Source of the DNA: Pseudomonas phage OBP
Sequence record: NC_016571.1
Reading direction: 5' to 3' (one strand)
DNA: 32,000 bases
This document shows positions 23,595 through 30,635 of this stretch, piece after piece. Below the pieces are notes generated by a model that was not told where the DNA came from, did no database searches, and worked only from the letters and a program-made list of their open reading frames with translations. Position 1 is the stretch's first letter; each line of letters opens with the position of its first letter. The position numbers and the translations under genes were made by a program.

Positions 23595-24251
23595 ATGTCC
23601 GAAGTTAAAGAAGTGGTTGAAAAGAAAGAACCTATAATCGCAGAAATTTCCATAAACAAGTCATTCAATCATGATGACATTGTGACCCTGACCGAAACAA
23701 TCAGAAAAGGTGTGGATAGCTTCGACACGCTTATCTTCTATATGAATAGCATGGGCGGTCAAATCAACACAGGTCTGGTATTCCGCGATATCGTCAATTC
23801 CTGGGATAAGAAAATAGTTTATATTTCTGAACTATTGAATGCCAGTTTGGCGACTGCACTTCCCCAATGCGGTGATGTATTGCGTCTAGCTTATCCGACT
23901 TCCAGATTTATGCTACATGACAGCACTTATACCTATAAAGGTACACGAGCCGATGTAGCTAACCAAATGGAATATACCAGTCATGCCGATGACGTGTGGG
24001 ATAATGCCTACATGGAAGGCATTGGGTTGACCAAGAAGGAATATGCCAAACTAGTTGCTTTCGATAACGTTATGTATGCCAACAAGTTCATGATGTTGGG
24101 AACTAAAGGTGGCATCGATGGAATGATTCTTAAGCGACTCAATGTTGCCCAATATGTTTGTAATACGCGTACGGGTATCAAAATGATTGACGTTCGTTAT
24201 CATACCCGCAACGATGTTCCTAATTTGCCCTTGTATAAAGAAGGTGAATGA
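23595..24251 (+). CDS. ClpP-like (S14/ClpP-class) serine protease, 218 aa
   Basis: The ATG at 23595 (MSEVKEVVEKK...) has AAGAGGA upstream and follows the previous stop. The ORF-track start at 23499 overlaps gene 23378 in another frame. IFYMNSMGGQINTGL matches ClpP's YINSPGG. LLNASLATAL and RFMLHDS place Ser and His where ClpP has GQAASMG and MIHQP. A later Asp lies in FDNVMYANKFM...GGIDGMI. Confidence 0.75.
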   Translation: MSEVKEVVEKKEPIIAEISINKSFNHDDIVTLTETIRKGVDSFDTLIFYMNSMGGQINTGLVFRDIVNSWDKKIVYISELLNASLATALPQCGDVLRLAYPTSRFMLHDSTYTYKGTRADVANQMEYTSHADDVWDNAYMEGIGLTKKEYAKLVAFDNVMYANKFMMLGTKGGIDGMILKRLNVAQYVCNTRTGIKMIDVRYHTRNDVPNLPLYKEGE

Positions 24252-24820
24252 TGGAACTACTTCACTGGTTAGCTGAACATCGAGTAGTGATTATTACCTC
24301 AATCTCCGCTTATCTACTGCTGGGTGTATTCTCACTCAGGTGGACGATAATGGGGCTGATTGGTTATCACAACGATCCCAAGGGTAACTGGATGCTACTG
24401 GTGTTCATCGTTCTTTGGTGGATACCTGCCGGTTATCTTTTATGGGCTGTTATTTGCGGATATCTAAATAGCAAGTTCGAACCCAATAACAAAGTTAAAG
24501 TAGTCGAACAGTCAAATCAACCAACTCTCTTTGTTTGTGTTGGTAAGGGAGGGAACTATGAAGCTCTCGGATTTGGCACCCCATTAGGTTCCATGGCTAT
24601 TGCTCCAAATGACTTAATGTACTTTGGGCTATCGCTGGGAGCCGGTACATGTCGAGATGAGAAACTGTCAGTCTATGCAGCAGATCAGCTCGGCGTGTTT
24701 TATTATGAAGGTTCAGTCACCAATGATGAGAAGCGAGTCTTCTACATAGATGTCGGGACCAACAAAATGTATCACAGAACTACCACAGATTTCTCACAAC
24801 GCATGAAGCGTATTAAGTAA
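24248..24820 (+). CDS. Membrane-anchored protein (190 aa): N-terminal TM helices plus a soluble beta-rich C-terminal domain
   Basis: ATGA overlap with the protease gene. Three hydrophobic helices lie in residues 1-75, followed by TLFVCVGKGGNYEALGFGT...VFYIDVGTNKMYHRTTTDFSQRM. Confidence 0.75.
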   Translation: MMELLHWLAEHRVVIITSISAYLLLGVFSLRWTIMGLIGYHNDPKGNWMLLVFIVLWWIPAGYLLWAVICGYLNSKFEPNNKVKVVEQSNQPTLFVCVGKGGNYEALGFGTPLGSMAIAPNDLMYFGLSLGAGTCRDEKLSVYAADQLGVFYYEGSVTNDEKRVFYIDVGTNKMYHRTTTDFSQRMKRIK

Positions 24821-24867
24821 TCTGTTAACCAACCTCATTCATATCACCTATAGAAAGGAAATAACAA

Positions 24868-26430
24868 ATGTCTTCCATGTTAACTGAAATCTCTTTCACC
24901 AACAAAAACGACACCCGTGAAATCGTTGATGAAGTCGTAGAGAATGCATTTAGCTCTGTTTGTTCCACGATGGGTCCTAACGGGAACTACGTGGTGATCA
25001 ACCAGCTTAACAGTCCGAAGGTAACTAAGGATGGTGTATCGGTAGCAAGAGCGCTGGACTTCAATGAAGCCCGTCGCAACATGATCGCTAAGATCATTAC
25101 TGAACCGTCAATTAAAACCGATGCTGAAGTAGGTGATGGTACAACTACAACTGTGTTCATCACTTATCACCTGTATCAGAAATTCAAAGACGCAATGTCG
25201 TTTGCAAATACCCGTTATCTGGATACCCTGATCAAACAGGTACTTCAGTATATCGGTACTCTGATTCAACCAGGTGAAATCGAAAGCGAAATGTTCCGCA
25301 ACATGTTGCTGACTTCCTCTAACTATGAAGAAGAGATCGTTGATAAGATTCTGGATATCTATCGCGAACATAAGAACCCGAACATCCATCTGGAAAAATC
25401 TCCGATGCTTCCAGCGGACGAAGTGAAGATGACCAAAGAAATCTATTTCGAAGGTTCCTTCCCAATTGAAACTCAGGTTCCAGCAAACGGCGCATATGTA
25501 GTCGGACCAGAGAAAGTCGGTGTAGTTTTGATCGATGGCTCTATCCGAGCTTATCCAACCCAGCTGATCAATGCATTACTGAATCGTTTCATTGATAACC
25601 CTGTTGTTCTGATGGCTCGTAACTTTGAACCTGAAGTGATCGCTGCTATCAATAACGAAAACCAACGTCTGGGTACCAGTCGTATCTTCGCTTATAAAGT
25701 GAATGCGGCAGGTCTGTTGGGCGCAGGCACAATCGATGATCTGGGTCGTCTTCTGAACATCGGTCCAGTATTCGACGTCAACTCTGTTGATCCGGCTCTG
25801 GTGAAATATAACGACGTTACTCTGTGGTTGGGGCGTAAAGGGATCCTGCTGGATAAGTCTATTGAGGAGGTTGAGTCTCGTGCTGATTCTATCCTTGAAG
25901 GTCTGGATAACCGTTATGAAGCTCTGGGTATCATTGAGCGTCAAACACCGATCGGTCGTGAGTTGAATCGTCGTATTGGTCGACTGCGTGCTAATAACGT
26001 GACCATCAAAGTAACTGGCGTAACTGTTTCTGATGCGTCCGAACGTTGGGCTCGTTATGAAGACGTTATGAAAGCAGCGCGTACCGGACAACAGTTTGGT
26101 GTGATCCCAGGTATCGGTTATGGCTATCTGATGGCTTCCAAATGGCTTGAGGCGAACGTTCCGCAACAATCTGATGAGAAGCTTGAGAAATGTCGTATCG
26201 GCTTGATTGAAGTGTTACGTGCGCAATATGAGCACTTGACAGGTCATGACGGTAGTGCAGAAAACCCAATCTTTATCGATCTGGTAACAGGACAGGAATC
26301 GGATACTCCGATGAATGTATACGATAACGCAGCGGCTACTATGATCGCTCTCGAAGGTGCTTGGCAAACCGCTAAGACCTTAGGTAAGATCAGTAACGTT
26401 ATGGGTCGTTCTAATACAAACTACGCATAA
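24868..26430 (+). CDS. groEL: GroEL-like (group I) chaperonin, 520 aa
   Basis: RBS AAAGGAA. TMGPNGNYVV, VTKDGVSVARAL and AEVGDGTTTTV match the GroEL equatorial ATP-site motifs TLGPKGRNVV, ITKDGVSVAREI and AGDGTTTATV. It lacks the C-terminal GGM repeats. Codon usage is strongly biased. Confidence 0.92.
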   Translation: MSSMLTEISFTNKNDTREIVDEVVENAFSSVCSTMGPNGNYVVINQLNSPKVTKDGVSVARALDFNEARRNMIAKIITEPSIKTDAEVGDGTTTTVFITYHLYQKFKDAMSFANTRYLDTLIKQVLQYIGTLIQPGEIESEMFRNMLLTSSNYEEEIVDKILDIYREHKNPNIHLEKSPMLPADEVKMTKEIYFEGSFPIETQVPANGAYVVGPEKVGVVLIDGSIRAYPTQLINALLNRFIDNPVVLMARNFEPEVIAAINNENQRLGTSRIFAYKVNAAGLLGAGTIDDLGRLLNIGPVFDVNSVDPALVKYNDVTLWLGRKGILLDKSIEEVESRADSILEGLDNRYEALGIIERQTPIGRELNRRIGRLRANNVTIKVTGVTVSDASERWARYEDVMKAARTGQQFGVIPGIGYGYLMASKWLEANVPQQSDEKLEKCRIGLIEVLRAQYEHLTGHDGSAENPIFIDLVTGQESDTPMNVYDNAAATMIALEGAWQTAKTLGKISNVMGRSNTNYA

Positions 26431-26437
26431 TGGAGCT

Positions 26438-26470
26438 GGCCCGGGGGAAACCTCGGGTCGGCTTTATCTC
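26438..26470 (+). terminator. Intrinsic terminator after the chaperonin gene
   Basis: GGCCCGGGG-gaaa-CCTCGGGTC (9 bp, two G-U pairs, GAAA loop) followed by GGCTTTATCTCT and further T-rich sequence. Confidence 0.65.
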
Positions 26471-26496
26471 TCACCTTTCTTTTTCTTTAAGTTAAT

Positions 26497-26781
26497 ATGA
26501 ATAGTTCAAACGTTCGTCAACTACTTAAGCAGCATTTGGAAGCAGACGACTTCATGGTTCAAGTGTACCTGAACAACAAGGATCCAGGCTTAAAGAATGA
26601 AGCGTTTTATTTATGCTTCCCTGTAGACTGTTCGGTAGATATTTTCAGAGTAGAAGGGAATCACTTAACTTATCACAAGAAGGAATTAAGCTCTGACTTA
26701 GAGACCGATGATATTGAGCTTCACTGCTTATATATCGAGGAACATCATGCAGTCGAAAATAAAACTCAGGTGGGTACTTAG
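26497..26781 (+). CDS. Hypothetical acidic protein (94 aa)
   Basis: ATG at 26497 with no clear SD. No motif recognised. Confidence 0.55.
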   Translation: MNSSNVRQLLKQHLEADDFMVQVYLNNKDPGLKNEAFYLCFPVDCSVDIFRVEGNHLTYHKKELSSDLETDDIELHCLYIEEHHAVENKTQVGT

Positions 26782-26802
26782 CTTAACCGAAGGAGTTTCA
26801 CC

Positions 26803-27081
26803 ATGAACATGAAGAAGATAGCTGCGGCGAAGAGTGGGGGTAGAAAACTTCTGTTGAAGTCAGATACGTTGTTCCCTCTCATCTTCATGCTTATCGTGGT
26901 AACCTACGCTCTATCCCATGGTTACAGGATGTTTGCTGTTTTCAGTATGGGGTTGATCGTAGCAAGGATTGGGGAGATTATCTTTGAGATAAAGAGTAGT
27001 CTTTTCGATAAACCTTTTTTCCACTGTCTGTTGCTAATTGGAATTCCACTACAATACGGATGGAATGTGATTACCAACTAA
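26803..27081 (+). CDS. Small membrane protein (92 aa)
   Basis: RBS GAAGGAG. Three hydrophobic segments. Confidence 0.7.
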   Translation: MNMKKIAAAKSGGRKLLLKSDTLFPLIFMLIVVTYALSHGYRMFAVFSMGLIVARIGEIIFEIKSSLFDKPFFHCLLLIGIPLQYGWNVITN

Positions 27082-27098
27082 ACAAGGGCAGGACTTGC

Positions 27099-27719
27099 AT
27101 GGCATCTCTTTACTTTTATTTCAGCACGATGAATGCTGGGAAATCAACGGGACTGTTACAGGCTAACTACAACTACGGCGAGCGTGAGCTTGGAACGTTA
27201 GTTATGAAACCTGGAATTGATGACCGTGAGAACGGCGCTATTATCAAATCACGTATTGGGCTGGAATCACCTTGCCTGATGTTTGGTAAGGATGAGAATC
27301 TTTATGATCTTGTCTATGACCGAATTAAGGCGGGTGAAGAAATTAACTGTGTATTAATTGACGAAGCACAATTCATGGAACCTATCCAGGTCACTCAGCT
27401 TGGGATGGTTGTGGATTGTCTTAAAGTCCCAGTGATGTGTTATGGTCTCCGTACTGATTTCCGTGGGGAACTTTTCCCCGGTAGTGCTAAGTTAATGGCT
27501 ATCGCTAACGACATGTTCGAAGTGAGAACCATTTGTTGGTGCGGTAAACGTGCTCAACAAGTCCTGCGTCTTGATGACCAGGGTAAGGTTATCCGTGAGG
27601 GCGATGTTGTCGTCACAGGGGGTAATGAGCGATACGTTTCTGTATGTCGTGAACATCATCGGTTAGGGATTATCCGCAAGGCTTCTAAAGTCAAGCAGAT
27701 TCATTTCCACGAAAATTGA
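27099..27719 (+). CDS. tdk: Thymidine kinase (type II, Tdk)
   Basis: The ATG at 27099 gives MASLYFYFSTMNAGKST (P-loop). Other motifs are VLIDEAQF, CYGLRTDFRGELF and the zinc ribbon ICWCGKRA...RYVSVCREHH. From memory it is close to E. coli Tdk (MAQLYFYYSAMNAGKST...). The ORF-track start at 27060 overlaps the previous gene. Confidence 0.93.
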   Translation: MASLYFYFSTMNAGKSTGLLQANYNYGERELGTLVMKPGIDDRENGAIIKSRIGLESPCLMFGKDENLYDLVYDRIKAGEEINCVLIDEAQFMEPIQVTQLGMVVDCLKVPVMCYGLRTDFRGELFPGSAKLMAIANDMFEVRTICWCGKRAQQVLRLDDQGKVIREGDVVVTGGNERYVSVCREHHRLGIIRKASKVKQIHFHEN

Positions 27720-27720
27720 G

Positions 27721-27743
27721 ATCGATATTATCTAAGTGTATAG
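27721..27743 (+). promoter_or_regulatory. Promoter-like motif copy 5
   Basis: atcGATATTATctaagTGTATAG. GATATTAT is at 27724-27731, starting 5 nt after the tdk stop. The motif is 30 nt upstream of the ATG at 27773. Confidence 0.55.
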
Positions 27744-27772
27744 AACATAAACTATTTACTTGGAGATATATC

Positions 27773-28171
27773 ATGAGCGACGTATATAAAGAAGCAGTAG
27801 CTGGCGGTATCCGTGGCGCAGCATCTTACCTGGCTGATAAAGTTACAGGCAAGAAAACAGTTGAACCTGAAGTTGAATTAACTTTAGAAGAAATGGCTGA
27901 CCACAAACGCAATGCCAAGAAAAACTACCGTGGTGGTTGTATTGGTGTGGCTGGTGCAGTACTCCTGGAACTGATGTCTCCTACTGGTTCTAAGACTTCA
28001 GCATTAGCCGCTGGCTTGGCCGGTGCATTTGTACTACATCACTCTAAAGGTGTCCTGGATGCGGCTCCGCAGAACACTGTGATTGCTACTACAGCAGGTG
28101 CAAGCGCTGGTTGGATCTCTATGGTCGTTGGCCGTACAATGGCTTCCTACTTCCCTGGTAACGGTGAGTAA
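27773..28171 (+). CDS. Gly/Ala-rich small protein (132 aa), probably membrane-associated and highly expressed
   Basis: The ATG at 27773 (MSDVYKEAVAGG...) has GGAG upstream. The ORF-track start at 27716 would run across the promoter motif. Glycine-zipper-like segments include GGCIGVAGAVLLEL, ALAAGLAGAFVL and TTAGASAGWISMVVG. Codons are biased. The gene is bracketed by motif 5 and a strong terminator. Confidence 0.8.
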   Translation: MSDVYKEAVAGGIRGAASYLADKVTGKKTVEPEVELTLEEMADHKRNAKKNYRGGCIGVAGAVLLELMSPTGSKTSALAAGLAGAFVLHHSKGVLDAAPQNTVIATTAGASAGWISMVVGRTMASYFPGNGE

Positions 28172-28177
28172 TAGAAC

Positions 28178-28220
28178 TGGCTACCTTCGGGTAGCCAACT
28201 TCTTATTCTTATTTTTTTTT
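28178..28220 (+). terminator. Intrinsic terminator
   Basis: TGGCTACC-ttcg-GGTAGCCA (8 bp, TTCG loop) followed by ACTTCTTATTCTTATTTTTTTTT. Confidence 0.85.
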
Positions 28221-28237
28221 CTGTTCAAAGGTGCAAC

Positions 28238-28528
28238 ATGAAGATATCACATAAGTTAAGGGTGCTAATCTTATTGTTGGGTTTGGGAGTTACTTTTGTT
28301 GTATTAGGTAAAACAATCAAGCGTCATTATACTGATGCCCAGCTGATGCAACATTGTATTAACGTAAACAAAGGAGACATACTTCCCTACCCTGAAGGAT
28401 GTATGAAACCTATTCGGATAAAGAACGACATATTCGAATTCATTAACGTTAATGGGCAAAAGGAAATGTATGTTGTTATAAAAATGAGAGATAGTACATT
28501 TCGTTATGCCAAGGTAAGAAATTCATAA
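28238..28528 (+). CDS. Small signal-anchored or secreted protein (96 aa)
   Basis: RBS AAAGGTG. The N-terminal hydrophobic segment is LRVLILLLGLGVTFVVLG. The soluble part has 2 Cys. Confidence 0.7.
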   Translation: MKISHKLRVLILLLGLGVTFVVLGKTIKRHYTDAQLMQHCINVNKGDILPYPEGCMKPIRIKNDIFEFINVNGQKEMYVVIKMRDSTFRYAKVRNS

Positions 28529-28589
28529 TTATCCTATGAAAGGTAATTTAAGCAGTTCCACTTTCTTTGCAATCATGGAAATATAAACA

Positions 28590-29252
28590 ATGCCAACTTT
28601 GAAAACTCCTTTTCAGTACCTGCTTGATCTGACCGGTGCGTCTCGCATCAAAGCAGCTAAAGCAACTGGTGATGCAGCTGCTATCGCCAAAGCTGAACGT
28701 TTCTATCTGGGTCTGGATGAATCTGAATGTGAGTTCACTACTCCATGGCAGAATCCACTGGCCGGTAACAAATGGCAGGTTGATGTCACCGTTCGTACTC
28801 GTGGCTTCAAAATCCCTGGCCTGCGTTTCAACACCGGTACCCTGTCTCCAATGATCCGTCCTGGTGCAAACATCATGGCTAACAAATCCTCTCTGGATCT
28901 GTCTACCGTGACTGGACTGTATCACGTTTATGAAAGTGATGCTGATCACCTGCTGATTCACCCGAACAGCAATATCTACGAAGCCCTGAAAATGACCGGC
29001 TTTGTATTTGACACTTCTGCCTTTGAAGTGACCTGGTATCCAGAACGTGATAAAGATCAGAAAGCTGATGGCTACGTTGATGTTAAACATCCGGTAGTTG
29101 CAGGTCGTCTGTTCCTGTCAGTAGTTCAGCGTGAAGTCTCTGGCGCACCTAACGTTCCTCCAGTTCTCCCGACTGATGCTAAAAACATCATTGAAGGCAA
29201 GTCTGAAGAAACCGAGGTCCAGTTGGTGAAGGCATCCAGCTTCAAACCGTAG
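28590..29252 (+). CDS. Hypothetical, apparently highly expressed protein (220 aa as read); coding signal continues in the -1 frame
   Basis: Strong codon bias throughout (CTG, GGT, CGT, ATC, AAC, GAA). The antisense 180-aa ORF is spurious. The stop TAG at 29250-29252 is not followed by a terminator. See the next feature. Confidence 0.85.
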   Translation: MPTLKTPFQYLLDLTGASRIKAAKATGDAAAIAKAERFYLGLDESECEFTTPWQNPLAGNKWQVDVTVRTRGFKIPGLRFNTGTLSPMIRPGANIMANKSSLDLSTVTGLYHVYESDADHLLIHPNSNIYEALKMTGFVFDTSAFEVTWYPERDKDQKADGYVDVKHPVVAGRLFLSVVQREVSGAPNVPPVLPTDAKNIIEGKSEETEVQLVKASSFKP

Positions 29253-29479
29253 TCACTCAGGAAGGTGAAACCCTCCCTCCAGTCGATGAAAGCGTTGATG
29301 CTGAAACAGCTGCTATCCAGGCACTGTTGAATGAAGACAGCAAAAACGAAACCACTAAGCTGGCTGAAGACGCTGCGGACAAATCTGTAGCTGCTCAAGA
29401 AGCTGCTAAAGTTGTTCCTGCTCCTGCTCAGGAAGAAGCTCCGGCTGAAGCTCCTGTACAGCAGAAGAAAAAGAAATAA
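29207..29479 (+). other. -1 frame coding extension of gene 28590 (90 codons, no start codon or SD of its own); either a frameshifted or recoded C-terminus or a sequencing indel
   Basis: The frame is open from 29207, just after TGA at 29204-29206, to TAA at 29477-29479. It reads ...GPVGEGIQLQTVVTQEGETLPPVDESVDAETAAIQALLNEDSKNETTKLAEDAADKSVAAQEAAKVVPAPAQEEAPAEAPVQQKKKK, with the same codon bias as the upstream ORF. A terminator follows 8 nt later. Confidence 0.6.
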
Positions 29480-29486
29480 TGTAATC

Positions 29487-29520
29487 CCCTACCCCTCCGT
29501 AAGGAAGGGTAGGGTTTTAT
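29487..29520 (+). terminator. Intrinsic terminator
   Basis: CCCTACCCCTCC-gtaa-GGAAGGGTAGGG (12 bp with one mismatch) followed by TTTTAT. Confidence 0.85.
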
Positions 29521-29542
29521 GTACTGTTGTAAAAAATTATAA

Positions 29543-29565
29543 ACAGATATTATTATGGTGTTGTA
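29543..29565 (+). promoter_or_regulatory. Promoter-like motif copy 6
   Basis: acaGATATTATtatggTGTTGTA. GATATTAT is at 29546-29553. TTGTAA (29527-29532) lies 15 nt upstream of TATTAT. The motif is 39 nt upstream of the ATG at 29604. Confidence 0.5.
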
Positions 29566-29603
29566 ACAAACATAAATTTATTAACCCACAGAAGGAAAAA
29601 GTG

Positions 29604-30098
29604 ATGTTTAATCTAATCAATACTGGTTCTTCCAAAGCTGATTACATTAATGCTGTAATTGCCGAAGTAGAGCGCATCGCTGCATTGTCAAAAGAAGAAG
29701 CTTCCAAGGTAGGTAAGACGGCTACAATCAAACTGGTCCATGAAGTCCAGTTCGTTAAAACGGGTATCCGCTCCAATGCACATATCCGCGCTAACACCAC
29801 TTTCACTCGTGAGAATGGAAAGATTGATTGTCAGTCTGAAACTTTCGATCTGGAAGATGGTATTAATTACTCTCATGATGTCTTTAACGAGATCATCGAG
29901 GATTGTACAGCTGCTGTTATCAACTGGATTGATATGGCGATAATCTGCGGTAATGACTTATCCCCTGATGACATTAACCACGAATTCCAGCAACGCCTAA
30001 TTGTCGGATTACGTAGTGGCGGTGTATTTGAGAAAGTCACCAGCTCTGTAGTAGCATCTCAGGGGGTTATCCAGTCGGTAACCATTACGGTGGTATAA
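29604..30098 (+). CDS. Hypothetical protein (164 aa)
   Basis: The ATG at 29604 (MFNLINTGSSKADY...) has GAAGGAAAAAG upstream. The ORF-track start at 29412 would read through the terminator and the promoter motif. Confidence 0.75.
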   Translation: MFNLINTGSSKADYINAVIAEVERIAALSKEEASKVGKTATIKLVHEVQFVKTGIRSNAHIRANTTFTRENGKIDCQSETFDLEDGINYSHDVFNEIIEDCTAAVINWIDMAIICGNDLSPDDINHEFQQRLIVGLRSGGVFEKVTSSVVASQGVIQSVTITVV

Positions 30099-30635
30099 AT
30101 GGAATACAAACTTAGCCGGTACGGTGCCGTTTCCATGAATGGGGAAAACTTTGATGACCAGTCATTTACTGAGCCTCATGTCAAGTTGACTGTTCCTGGC
30201 GCAATTTCAGCGTGTACTGTAAAACTAGGTCCGTTGTTATATGTGACCACATTTTACCTTCGCGATGGTGAACAGCATTATGTAACGTTGTTTAAGTATC
30301 ACGGTAAATGTAAACCACGTTGTGTAGAAATCAGTGAGCTTCTTGATATCCGATGTACCTCGGAAAAGAAACTCATGATCTTTATCTTCGGTGTTCTATT
30401 AGGATTCGATCACGATCGTTTATCCAACCGGGACCGCAATACTTTACTGGCAGGTATTCGTTATAACCTTCCACCGGTATTTGTGGGGACAACTTTATTG
30501 CACGGTTTTGAACGTGGCTTTTATGTTAACAATGACCAACTGACGATCTTTACAAAAGTCAGTAAAGATGCGGGCGTTTTAATTCGCACAGGTTATTCTT
30601 TATTCTCTCGTAATATCAAGGACTCTTTAAAATGA
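30099..30635 (+). CDS. Hypothetical protein (178 aa)
   Basis: The ATG directly abuts the previous TAA. No motif recognised. Confidence 0.7.
   Translation: MEYKLSRYGAVSMNGENFDDQSFTEPHVKLTVPGAISACTVKLGPLLYVTTFYLRDGEQHYVTLFKYHGKCKPRCVEISELLDIRCTSEKKLMIFIFGVLLGFDHDRLSNRDRNTLLAGIRYNLPPVFVGTTLLHGFERGFYVNNDQLTIFTKVSKDAGVLIRTGYSLFSRNIKDSLK

Noticed and set aside
25108-26269. Minus-strand ORFs inside the GroEL-like gene (25108..25389, 25576..26169, 26066..26269), and 18612..19070 inside thyA
   Set aside because: The plus-strand products carry unmistakable GroEL and ThyA motifs. The antisense ORFs are by-products of codon bias.
26497-26781. The 94-aa ORF downstream of GroEL as a GroES/gp31-type co-chaperonin
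   Set aside because: Only its size and position fit. It lies after the GroEL terminator, has no SD, and shows no mobile-loop-like or GroES beta-barrel signature that I can recognise.
29207-29252. Canonical programmed -1 frameshift site (X XXY YYZ heptamer plus a downstream structure) in the overlap window
   Set aside because: I went through the 0-frame codon pairs (GAA GAA ACC GAG GTC CAG TTG GTG AAG GCA TCC AGC TTC AAA CCG TAG). None allows good tRNA re-pairing in the -1 frame, and there is no long A/T run for transcriptional slippage. The frame discontinuity is real in this sequence, but a programmed mechanism is unproven.
28548-29398. Minus-strand ORFs 28548..29090 (180 aa), 28703..28885 and 29126..29398
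   Set aside because: They are antisense to a plus-strand gene with very strong codon bias and with a terminator in the plus orientation. Their translations look random and Cys/His/Phe-rich.
29412-29603. N-terminal extension of the 29412..30098 ORF (MFLLLLRKKLRLKLL...)
   Set aside because: It would read through the -1 frame tail of the previous gene, the 29487-29520 terminator and promoter motif 6. The ATG at 29604 has a strong GAAGGA RBS. I trimmed similar over-extensions at 8880, 10809, 11927, 13178, 16897, 19169, 21147, 23499, 27060, 27716 and 7213.
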